From a virus (lineage: Duplodnaviria > Heunggongvirae > Uroviricota > Caudoviricetes): a DNA stretch of 64,000 nucleotides. The stretch is from the IMG/VR virus record IMGVR_UViG_3300037088_000797, positions 1 through 64,000 of that record. The stretch is one strand, 5' to 3'. The notes under the pieces were generated by a model that was not told where the DNA came from, did not search any database, and was given only the letters and a program-made list of their open reading frames with translations. The position numbers and the translations under genes were made by a program. Position 1 is the first letter of the stretch, and every line of letters starts with the position of its first letter. This document shows positions 56,016 through 64,000 of the stretch, piece after piece.

Positions 56016-56819
56016 TTATTTCGCCAGATAATGATAAAGAACAGCACCGCCTACGCCACCAGCACCAAACCAAACTAACTTACCACCACTTTTAGTGAAA
56101 AAATTTCCAACTTTCTGCCAGAATGTTGGCTTAACTGTTGGTAATGTTATCTCAGGTATGATATAGCTATCAATATTAATAGTTTTAAAGTAATCATTGC
56201 TGTTTGTTACACTAAATGCAACAGGATAACCAGCTTTTTTATCGTTTTTCCAATGAAATTCAATAAATTGTGTGTTTGGTAATCCTAAACTTTTAATCAT
56301 TAATGTAGGTTTAATATTAAGTATTGCTGGAACTGCACCAAATACCTTAAAATCATACGTCAGAATAATATCCTTTTTAGCGTTTCTTAATGAATCGCTG
56401 AATGATAATGTTTTATTTAGAGTATCAACACCTGTATGACCATGATGCAGAAGCGAATCAATTGTTATTTGAGATTGAATTAATGCTGCAGCAATTGTAG
56501 TGTTCTTGTTACTAAGACCCTCAATCCTTGACAATAATTCTTTTTGTGAAGCAGTTAACTGACCATTCAACTTATCAAGATTTTTTAAAGTTTCTTGTAA
56601 CGTAAGTTTTTCTGTAACCCATTCACCTTTTTTATTTTGATAAACGGTTGCAGAATCCAATAGGGCATTTTGTAATTTTTTTGCTATTTCAAGTTCATTT
56701 TTAAGATTATTAACCTTGTTTTGATAAAGATAGAATCCTCCAGCAACTCCAAATAATAACAATATAATAACCACTATTGTTGTTATATTAAACTTTATCT
56801 GTAATGTAGTTCCACTCAT
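56016..56819 (-). CDS. membrane-anchored coiled-coil protein
   Basis: 267 aa; N-terminal TM helix. Confidence 0.45.
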   Translation of the reverse strand: MSGTTLQIKFNITTIVVIILLLFGVAGGFYLYQNKVNNLKNELEIAKKLQNALLDSATVYQNKKGEWVTEKLTLQETLKNLDKLNGQLTASQKELLSRIEGLSNKNTTIAAALIQSQITIDSLLHHGHTGVDTLNKTLSFSDSLRNAKKDIILTYDFKVFGAVPAILNIKPTLMIKSLGLPNTQFIEFHWKNDKKAGYPVAFSVTNSNDYFKTINIDSYIIPEITLPTVKPTFWQKVGNFFTKSGGKLVWFGAGGVGGAVLYHYLAK

Positions 56820-56857
56820 AATTATAAATATTTATAATAAATACTCAGGAAATGAAA

Positions 56858-56882
56858 AGGTCCGCACGTGTGGGCGGACCTT
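56858..56882 (-). terminator. intrinsic terminator with GGTCCGCAC core
   Basis: AAGGTCCGC-ACGTGTGG-GCGGACCTT; minus-strand transcript continues with UUUUCAUUUCC. Confidence 0.55.
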
Positions 56883-56906
56883 AACCATAGGCTTACCATC
56901 CATTAT

Positions 56907-57449
56907 TTATTGTCCTGCATGTTTTTGTATTACACTATCAATCCAATACTCATAAAAACTATCGTAATATGATTCAACTCTTTTAATTATTTCATCGTTT
57001 TTTGGGTCATCTTCATTATAACCTTCAAGGTAATTAAATTCAACACCACTGGTGTTTTCGTCAGGAGTCACCTTATATACAAATTGTATTAAACCGTTGA
57101 TTGTACCGCCCCAGAACACATATTTATCAGTTACTTCGAGTTCAATAAAATCTACGTTAATATCATAACCAGTAGGAAATGAATCTTTAAATTTCTGTTC
57201 TTCGCTTGCTTGATCTTGTGCAGTTTTTTTATTCACAGGTTTTTCCTGATCAACTTCTGGCTCTTCAACTTCTGGCTGAACATCTTCGTTTAATTTACGT
57301 GTAATTTTTAACATTTCACGCACTGATAATTCTTTTTTTGGTGTGGGTTTAACGTTAACGTTTTCATTCACAGCATATACTTCACCACGCATTCTGCGAA
57401 GTAAAGTCCTCATTTGGTTCGGACTGGTTTTATTATTCATATTTTCCAT
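56907..57449 (-). CDS. hypothetical protein
   Basis: 180 aa ORF. Confidence 0.45.
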   Translation of the reverse strand: MENMNNKTSPNQMRTLLRRMRGEVYAVNENVNVKPTPKKELSVREMLKITRKLNEDVQPEVEEPEVDQEKPVNKKTAQDQASEEQKFKDSFPTGYDINVDFIELEVTDKYVFWGGTINGLIQFVYKVTPDENTSGVEFNYLEGYNEDDPKNDEIIKRVESYYDSFYEYWIDSVIQKHAGQ

Positions 57450-57465
57450 TTTCTATAAATACTAT

Positions 57466-58128
57466 TTATTCTGCAGAATCTTTAGGTTCACTTGGTTCAC
57501 TGCGTTTATCATCATCAAGCATTTCATGCCTGTCATTAACCAATTTCAATAATAGGTCTTGAAGCCATTGCCATGCTTTTCTCTTATCTTCGTCAGTTAT
57601 TTTTGCTTTCTTTTCCTCTTCTTTTGACATATCGTGATCTTGATATGCAAACCAATCATATTTACCATGACTATCGCCTTCAATTTGTTTTGTTAATTTA
57701 TTACCAGCTTCGACAGGTGGAATTAACACATAACATTTTGATAATCCGCCATATTCATCTTCTAAGTCCCAAACAAACTCAGGATTTTTCTGGTATTTAA
57801 CATCCAATAAACCATATTGAGTGGTAAATTCTATTCTGAAATATAGTACGGGATATTCCCAATCACCACCAGCTTCCATTAATTCAACATTAAATTCGTT
57901 TTTAATTGGTTGATTTTTACGAAGATTCTTTTTTACATAAAAGGTTTTCTTTTGATCTGTACTATCATCATTTTCAAGATCAAAATTAATTCTTTGAAAT
58001 TCTTGTGCTTGTTTGTTTTTCTTATCCCAAGCAGTATTAGCCAATGAATGATAATCAAAAATTTCCTGCTTTTTATCCTTACGGATTGCAGAGATTTCTT
58101 CATTAATTATTTGAATTAATTTATTCAT
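57466..58128 (-). CDS. hypothetical protein
   Basis: 220 aa ORF. Confidence 0.45.
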   Translation of the reverse strand: MNKLIQIINEEISAIRKDKKQEIFDYHSLANTAWDKKNKQAQEFQRINFDLENDDSTDQKKTFYVKKNLRKNQPIKNEFNVELMEAGGDWEYPVLYFRIEFTTQYGLLDVKYQKNPEFVWDLEDEYGGLSKCYVLIPPVEAGNKLTKQIEGDSHGKYDWFAYQDHDMSKEEEKKAKITDEDKRKAWQWLQDLLLKLVNDRHEMLDDDKRSEPSEPKDSAE

Positions 58129-58142
58129 TATAGATAAATACT

Positions 58143-58772
58143 CTATGTTAATTCATTATGTAATGCTTCATTAAATTTTGGTATGTCGAATAAAGGATTG
58201 ATATCAATTGTGTCTTCAATATAATTACTTCTAAATGCAATACCTTTATATCTGACAACAGTTGCATTAAAGTTACGAAAATCAATACATGAAGTTGGAA
58301 TGCCATGTTCTTCACATAACTTTAAACAAAGAGAATAAACACTTTCTATTTGTACGTCTGGGAAATTTTCCCAATACAAGTAATTAAGCCAGATTTTTTC
58401 AATAACATCTTTTTCTTCACAAACTTCGTTTAGCCAATTAATAAACTTACCATCAGGTGTTTTAAATAAAGCACCCATGTTTTCAATTACAATTGAAATT
58501 AGTTTTTTATCCGCCTCTTTAATTTCAAGAAAATCACTATGAAATTTACTGTCAAAATGTTGAAATATCATGCCGTCTCTGGCTACAGTAAAGGTATTCC
58601 ACCTTTTTGTTTTGCCATAGTCCTTATGTTGCAATCTGGTGATGTGATAACCATCTTTTCTTAGTGATGTTGCCAGTAGAATTTGTGTTTTTACACTTTG
58701 AGATTTATGATGGTTAATATCTTTGACTTTATATGTTTCATTGTCTATCTTTAGCATTTCTATGAGCTTCAA
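58143..58772 (-). CDS. N-acetylmuramoyl-L-alanine amidase (Amidase_2/PGRP-like) endolysin candidate
   Basis: GYHITR..ARDGMIFQ (cf. T7 lysozyme GYHFIIKRDGTV), SIVIENMG, CIDF. Confidence 0.55.
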   Translation of the reverse strand: MKLIEMLKIDNETYKVKDINHHKSQSVKTQILLATSLRKDGYHITRLQHKDYGKTKRWNTFTVARDGMIFQHFDSKFHSDFLEIKEADKKLISIVIENMGALFKTPDGKFINWLNEVCEEKDVIEKIWLNYLYWENFPDVQIESVYSLCLKLCEEHGIPTSCIDFRNFNATVVRYKGIAFRSNYIEDTIDINPLFDIPKFNEALHNELT

Positions 58773-59220
58773 AATTCATATATATTATTTCTACACCGCC
58801 TTCAGTTAGTTTCTCCAATGCCAAACGAAATCCAGCACCAAATTGAACGTTATTAAAGTCAGGTTCTTTATCACAAAATATTCTTTTAATTCCTGCATTT
58901 ACTATCATGCCAGCACATTTCGCACATGGAAACCAATTCACATACATGTCTGCACCATCTGTTGCATGACCGTATTTAGCTGCCTTTATAATAGCATTTT
59001 CTTCTGCGTGTAATACCCAATCATATTTCAAGGGTCTTTCATGTCTTTCTTCTTTTTCGTCATCACATCCACAAGGGAAACCATTAACGCCTGTAGAAAT
59101 AGGGTCTTTACCTCTTACAATAACTGCGCCTACAACAGTGCTTCTATCTTTACTCCAACCCGCTACGTGATCAGCAAGTTCCATCATTTTTAAATGCCAC
59201 TTGTTTATTTTAGTTTCCAT
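58738..59220 (-). CDS. dCMP deaminase
   Basis: Zinc-binding motifs HAEENAI and PCAKCA. Confidence 0.85.
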   Translation of the reverse strand: METKINKWHLKMMELADHVAGWSKDRSTVVGAVIVRGKDPISTGVNGFPCGCDDEKEERHERPLKYDWVLHAEENAIIKAAKYGHATDGADMYVNWFPCAKCAGMIVNAGIKRIFCDKEPDFNNVQFGAGFRLALEKLTEGGVEIIYMNFEAHRNAKDRQ

Positions 59221-59417
59221 AATCTGTGTTTACTTAATTTTATTGCTTCATTAATTAATTTTTCTAAATCTTCCCTGTCGTCATCGTTTGCGAATATTTC
59301 ATCAGCATCCATTTTACTTAACTTATCTACAATTGTAAGAGATTTTTTAAGTATTTCTGCCGTTTCTCTCTCGTCACCAATCTGTTTATTCATTTTACTA
59401 ATATCTGTTTGTGCCAT
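59205..59417 (-). CDS. hypothetical protein
   Basis: 70 aa ORF. Confidence 0.35.
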   Translation of the reverse strand: MAQTDISKMNKQIGDERETAEILKKSLTIVDKLSKMDADEIFANDDDREDLEKLINEAIKLSKHRLWKLK

Positions 59418-59419
59418 AA

Positions 59420-60571
59420 TTATTTCATATTTTCTAATATGCGTAATGTATCATCAAATTTCTCTATAATCGCTAATGCATCCTGATATGTGGCTGCAAT
59501 AAATCTTCGTTTACCAACTGTATTAAATATACCAACTTTATCCATATCTTTTAAAAATTCATCAACAAATTTATTTGAATTTTGTAGTGTTGCTTTTTCA
59601 GATACAAGTTGCTTTAACTCCATGCCACTAATTACTTTATCACCAACATTTATTTTACCTTCATTATAAATAAACATAATGAGTGCACGATATCTATCTT
59701 TTCTTTCATAAATCTTATTGAATTTCTGATGATTAATTAGAAATAAATTGTATTCATACCATTCTCTAAAATAAACACCACTAATAATTATAAGTTCTGA
59801 AAATATTGCAATAATAATAAATAAAACAATATTTTTACTATCTTCAGTTGCATTATTTGTGATTGTTGAATTAAGATTGGACTTCAATTCTGTAACTCTT
59901 TGTTTTAATTGATCATCAATTTTATTTATTTCACTTTGATTGCTATTAATTATACTGGTGTTTTTATCGATACTTGACTGATAGTCCCTACGTATTGACA
60001 TCCAACCAATAGGTGTTTGTGACAAAGTATTACGTAGTTCATTACTTGCATTTCTTAATGACTGATTATCCTGTTCATATGTGACTTTCTTTCTTTCATA
60101 TTGAACAGCCAGACTGTCTTTTTGTGTATCTACTTGCGTCACAGCAATTGTATTCTGAGTAACACTTGTAGTGGCAAGGTTTTTTGACCCAACCAGTGAG
60201 AGATAGAAACTTAATAACACTATGGCTACTGAGACTGTAAACCAGCCAGCGATTGCACCGTTTACCTTTTTATTATTTTTAACATAATCGCTGGAAAAAT
60301 TTCTGAATAAATATCTCTTAATAATTTCAAAAATTGTTAAAAATACAAGAGTAAAAATGAATGCAAGTGCTGTACCCCAAAAGCCAGTAACTAAATTAAT
60401 AGTAATTGCTTTTAAAAGTGCTGGGTAAAGTAAAAAGTATGAAAAAAATATAGAGCCGATGTTTCCCACGAATGAGAATCCAAATAACCATTTATCCAAG
60501 GCTTTGTTGCTTCCTTCAAAGTCTTTGACATTAATCTTTTTTCGTAATTTATCGTAATCTTTTAATTCCAT
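59420..60571 (-). CDS. membrane protein
   Basis: 383 aa, several TM helices flanking Ser/Thr/Asn/Gln-rich coiled region. Confidence 0.5.
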   Translation of the reverse strand: MELKDYDKLRKKINVKDFEGSNKALDKWLFGFSFVGNIGSIFFSYFLLYPALLKAITINLVTGFWGTALAFIFTLVFLTIFEIIKRYLFRNFSSDYVKNNKKVNGAIAGWFTVSVAIVLLSFYLSLVGSKNLATTSVTQNTIAVTQVDTQKDSLAVQYERKKVTYEQDNQSLRNASNELRNTLSQTPIGWMSIRRDYQSSIDKNTSIINSNQSEINKIDDQLKQRVTELKSNLNSTITNNATEDSKNIVLFIIIAIFSELIIISGVYFREWYEYNLFLINHQKFNKIYERKDRYRALIMFIYNEGKINVGDKVISGMELKQLVSEKATLQNSNKFVDEFLKDMDKVGIFNTVGKRRFIAATYQDALAIIEKFDDTLRILENMK

Positions 60572-60598
60572 ATTATCGTTTACCCATAAATAGTTTAA

Positions 60599-63500
60599 TT
60601 ATTCAATTGTTAATGATGATATACCGTTTTCATCCAACTGCACATTAATGAGATAATCAGGGTTAATTTCTTCTTTAGGTTCGATTACCAAAACCTTTCT
60701 CATACCTGCCTTTATCATTTGAAGTATTTCAATAAATTCTTCAACGCTATCATTAAGCAACTTACCCATTATTTCATCAAGCAAGAATATTGATGGTTTT
60801 GCTTTAACGTTAATTTGATTTAATGCATATTTCATAACAATACTGGAGAATGTTCTTTCTTTACCGCTTGCACTAATACAATCAATGATTGCTGTTGGTC
60901 TATTATTATAAGCCAGTTTAGGACGTAAATCTTCCTGATCAAGCCATACTTTAAATGAAGCAACTGATAATATATCCTGAAGGGTTGTGTTGATCTTAGG
61001 TAAAATATAGTTTGCAAGCATTTGTCTTGGTATGCCATCCCTGTGAACACATTTTTTGTAAAGTTCTCTTATTTTGTCTTGATATTCCTGCGTTTTGAAT
61101 TCAACAATTAGTATTTGATTACCTTTGATCTTTATTTGTTTTTCACCAACACTTGACTTTTTAATTAAAAGTGTTTCTTTTTCATCTGATTCTTCGTCTT
61201 CAAGTTCAGTTAATTTTAATTTAGCTGCAGCAATACCTTTCTCGATCTTCTGGTTCTCTATGATTTGTTTCAGACTATTCTCATGGTTATCAATCTTTTG
61301 TTGAAGTAGTGTTATGTGAAGTTCTTCGTTCTGAATTTTTGTTGGTATCTGATCTAATTCTGTCTGAAGTTCTTTGCGTTTTTCAACATCATTTTTTTCA
61401 TTGGTAAGCGTACCAATTTCTTTTAAAACACTTTCCATTTCAAGAGAAGCAACTCTAATTTCTTCATTAATTTTTGCAATTGCTTTATCTTCATCAATAA
61501 TGTTAAGTTCATGTACCACTTTATCTAAATGTTCTTTTGCATTAATTTTATCAGCAATTGGAAACATTTGATCTTCTTTCAATTTAACTGTTTTGAGAAT
61601 ATGATCTATGTGTTCTTGTTTATTAATTGCCTGTCCGCATTGACTACAAATCTTGCTGTTCTTTAGATCAACGATTTCTTTTTTTAATTTAGCACCCTCT
61701 TCTTTGAGTCTGAAAATATCACCATTAATTATTTCAATTGCATGATCTTCATTTGTTTTTGTTTGCTCATGTGTTTTGATAAGCATTTTTTGTTGATATT
61801 CATTTGTTTTATGAATATCTTTCTTTTCAATAAGCGTTTTTAGTTTCTCAGCGTCATATGTTTCCTTTAATGGGACAATACTTTGCTCTATAACCGCTTT
61901 TCGTGCGTTGTGCTTGTCGATCTCCTTATTATGTGCAGCAATAGTCTCTTTAGTGGTATCTACGTCCAGATTGTAAATCTCAGGGTCTATCGTGTATAAT
62001 TTCTTATTTAAATCTTCTACGTATTTTCTTCCTTTGGTTATTTTCTCACGAATCTCTGGAAGTCTAATGTTTTCAATTGTTGAAACAATTGATTCAAGAA
62101 TTATAATTTCTTCACCTAACGTCACATTCTGTAACGTAGTTGTTTCAACATTACAATTTACTCTTGGTTTTTCATTAACTTTCTTTTCGTATGTTTTATA
62201 TCCAGTCAGTTTCTTATCAAAAATGTCCAGTCCGCTATCAAACAAAAGTGAATCAATGAATATAGCCATATCGTTAGATAATATTCTGTTAAGCGTATCA
62301 GATGTCGTCATAACGATACGCATAAAATTATCATAACTACCTATGATGCTTTCTATCTTTTTCTGTGTAAGTTTTCTGCGATCTTCATCAAGTTTTTCTA
62401 ATGAAGTATTTTCATTCATTTCTTCATCAGGGTTTGTAAGAGTATAATAACTCAATGTAGTTGGAGCACCATTAATTTCTCCGCCTTTGGTTTTTGTAAT
62501 TTCTGTTCTCTTTTTGATGCCGAAAAATTCACCGTTGGCTTCGATCACAAGATATCCTTCACAGAAAATTGCTCTGTTTCTGTTATTTACAAAACGTTGA
62601 TCGCCATATTTCATACGTGTCTCAGTCTCTAAAGTTTTGCCAAAAAGAATATAGGAAATAAGTTTCATAATGGTTGTTTTTCCAGCAGTATTTTCTCCTG
62701 TGATTTGAAATAAACCATCCATGTTACGCCAATCAATTTCTAATTCTTCATATGACATAAAATTCTTACCACCAAACTTAACTACATTCCATTCAATACT
62801 TTGATCTTCACTTGTATCAATTAATGCAAGTATTTCTTCGTCTAATGCAATAATATCTTCAATAAGTTGTGAGTCAGTACCTATTTTTGATAAATATTCT
62901 CTGAATATTTCATGTTGAACGTTCTGATCTGTTATATTTTGTAATGTAATGTTTTCATTAATGTCAATTTTTTCGCTTTCAATGAATTCGTTTTTGTGAG
63001 AAACAATTACACCAATAAATTTACTTTTAACATATTCAGCCAATTTTCTTTCGGCTTCTTTAACTCTTGTTTGTGGCAATGTACCCCAGATGAATCTAAC
63101 TTTCATGTTCTTAGTTGGATTCGGGATTTCAAAGTCAAGATCATTAAAATCAGTATATTGATTTATACGAACATTTTTAAATGAAAATTCGCTTTCAATA
63201 GGTATCTCTTGAACTGATTTATTTGGAATATCCCAAAGTAAATAGCCGTGGAAATTATCATCGCCTTCAGTTACGTCCTGTGCAATAAGTGAGCCACAAT
63301 ATGCTTTAGTATGAGCTTTATCAAGATATTGAAATTTATGTATATCACCAAAGAACGAATACTGACCTTTAAAATCAGTTAATTTATAATATGATTTACT
63401 TTTCATTTCAAAATTCGTAGTTGACTTGCAACCATTCACAGGGTCATGAAAAAGATCAATGAATGTGAACTCAGGTGAACCAGCAGGGTCAAGTTTTTTA

Positions 63501-63925
63501 CCGTCCTTCGTTTTCCAAGGATTGTTTTTGGGGTCGCCATGATGCCAGACCACCCACATTATGTTTTCATCAGCAAAAAAGCCAGTCTTATCGTAATATA
63601 TTACTTTTGGATTGTCGAGAGTCTTTACAATTGCCTTTACAGAGTCAACTCTCTTAAGACTTTTCTTTCTACAATCATGGTTACCTCTGGTAATGCGAAC
63701 TGGCGCAATTTTACTCAGATCATTGAGTAATTCATGAGCCATAATCAATTGCTCGCCTTGCAGATCGAGATAATCATGAACTAAGTCACCGACAATTACA
63801 ATTCTATCGGGTTTTATTTGCTGTAATGATTTAATTAAATTATTGAATACAAATTGATATTCTTCATTGCGGGTAGGTGTCTTACGGATGTGAATATCTG
63901 CGACATGTGCTATTGTTTTAATCAT
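60599..63925 (-). CDS. fused SbcD-SbcC (Mre11-Rad50-like) nuclease-ATPase
   Basis: N-terminal calcineurin-like phosphoesterase motifs VADIHI, GDLVHD, GNHD; central Walker A GENTAGKTT; zinc-hook CSQCGQ in long coiled-coil; C-terminal Walker B/D-loop IFLLDE. Confidence 0.75.
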   Translation of the reverse strand: MIKTIAHVADIHIRKTPTRNEEYQFVFNNLIKSLQQIKPDRIVIVGDLVHDYLDLQGEQLIMAHELLNDLSKIAPVRITRGNHDCRKKSLKRVDSVKAIVKTLDNPKVIYYDKTGFFADENIMWVVWHHGDPKNNPWKTKDGKKLDPAGSPEFTFIDLFHDPVNGCKSTTNFEMKSKSYYKLTDFKGQYSFFGDIHKFQYLDKAHTKAYCGSLIAQDVTEGDDNFHGYLLWDIPNKSVQEIPIESEFSFKNVRINQYTDFNDLDFEIPNPTKNMKVRFIWGTLPQTRVKEAERKLAEYVKSKFIGVIVSHKNEFIESEKIDINENITLQNITDQNVQHEIFREYLSKIGTDSQLIEDIIALDEEILALIDTSEDQSIEWNVVKFGGKNFMSYEELEIDWRNMDGLFQITGENTAGKTTIMKLISYILFGKTLETETRMKYGDQRFVNNRNRAIFCEGYLVIEANGEFFGIKKRTEITKTKGGEINGAPTTLSYYTLTNPDEEMNENTSLEKLDEDRRKLTQKKIESIIGSYDNFMRIVMTTSDTLNRILSNDMAIFIDSLLFDSGLDIFDKKLTGYKTYEKKVNEKPRVNCNVETTTLQNVTLGEEIIILESIVSTIENIRLPEIREKITKGRKYVEDLNKKLYTIDPEIYNLDVDTTKETIAAHNKEIDKHNARKAVIEQSIVPLKETYDAEKLKTLIEKKDIHKTNEYQQKMLIKTHEQTKTNEDHAIEIINGDIFRLKEEGAKLKKEIVDLKNSKICSQCGQAINKQEHIDHILKTVKLKEDQMFPIADKINAKEHLDKVVHELNIIDEDKAIAKINEEIRVASLEMESVLKEIGTLTNEKNDVEKRKELQTELDQIPTKIQNEELHITLLQQKIDNHENSLKQIIENQKIEKGIAAAKLKLTELEDEESDEKETLLIKKSSVGEKQIKIKGNQILIVEFKTQEYQDKIRELYKKCVHRDGIPRQMLANYILPKINTTLQDILSVASFKVWLDQEDLRPKLAYNNRPTAIIDCISASGKERTFSSIVMKYALNQINVKAKPSIFLLDEIMGKLLNDSVEEFIEILQMIKAGMRKVLVIEPKEEINPDYLINVQLDENGISSLTIE

Positions 63926-64000
63926 TAATAAAAATTTTTACAAATATATCCAAATACACCCTGAAATGCAAGTGTTTTTAAAAATTGTCAGAATGTCAGT

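Noticed and set aside
1-64000. CRISPR arrays, rRNA, IS elements
   Set aside because: No regularly spaced direct repeats, no rRNA-like GC-rich conserved tracts, and no transposase-like ORFs were seen.

Overview
This window looks like a densely packed, AT-rich double-stranded DNA phage genome segment. It has two long leftward-transcribed arms (83-38079 and 47612-63925) flanking a rightward-transcribed module (38198-47628).

The host is probably in Bacteroidota. Genes lack Shine-Dalgarno sequences, and one secreted protein has a Flavobacterium/Bacteroides-type signal peptide. A -7 TAnnTTTG-like promoter element sits upstream of the first rightward gene.

Genes I can recognise fall into these groups:
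- DNA metabolism: a fused SbcD-SbcC (Mre11-Rad50-like) protein, ATP-dependent DNA ligase, Dda-like SF1B helicase, dCMP deaminase, Nudix, thioredoxin, a ParB-like nuclease, and an endonuclease VII-like HNH enzyme.
- RNA repair and translation: a Thg1-like 3'-5' nucleotidyltransferase, an Rnl2-family RNA ligase, a Pnk-like P-loop kinase translationally coupled to an HD phosphohydrolase, a PTH2-type peptidyl-tRNA hydrolase, a peptide deformylase carrying a C-terminal SEC-C metal-binding motif (next to a radical-SAM gene), and a tRNA-like gene.
- Lysis: three peptidoglycan hydrolases (an Amidase_2 domain protein, a GH25 muramidase and a lytic transglycosylase) plus holin-like small membrane proteins.
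- Homing endonucleases: at least four (two GIY-YIG, one LAGLIDADG, one endonuclease VII/HNH-like).
- Unusual accessory genes: a soluble FtsH-like AAA+/M41 protease, a NADAR domain protein, a SpoT-like HD protein (small alarmone hydrolase candidate), two small DEDDh exonucleases, a patatin-like phospholipase, and an SPFH/band-7 protein with a small membrane partner.

A 31-32 nt promoter-like motif recurs at least 13 times in intergenic DNA. In gene orientation it reads TTGTAACC-N15/16-CGTATAA and always points toward the downstream gene. Two GC-rich hairpins share the core GGTCCGCAC.

I found no CRISPR array, integrase or rRNA. Protein family calls rest on motifs I could read in the translations; no database search was possible.
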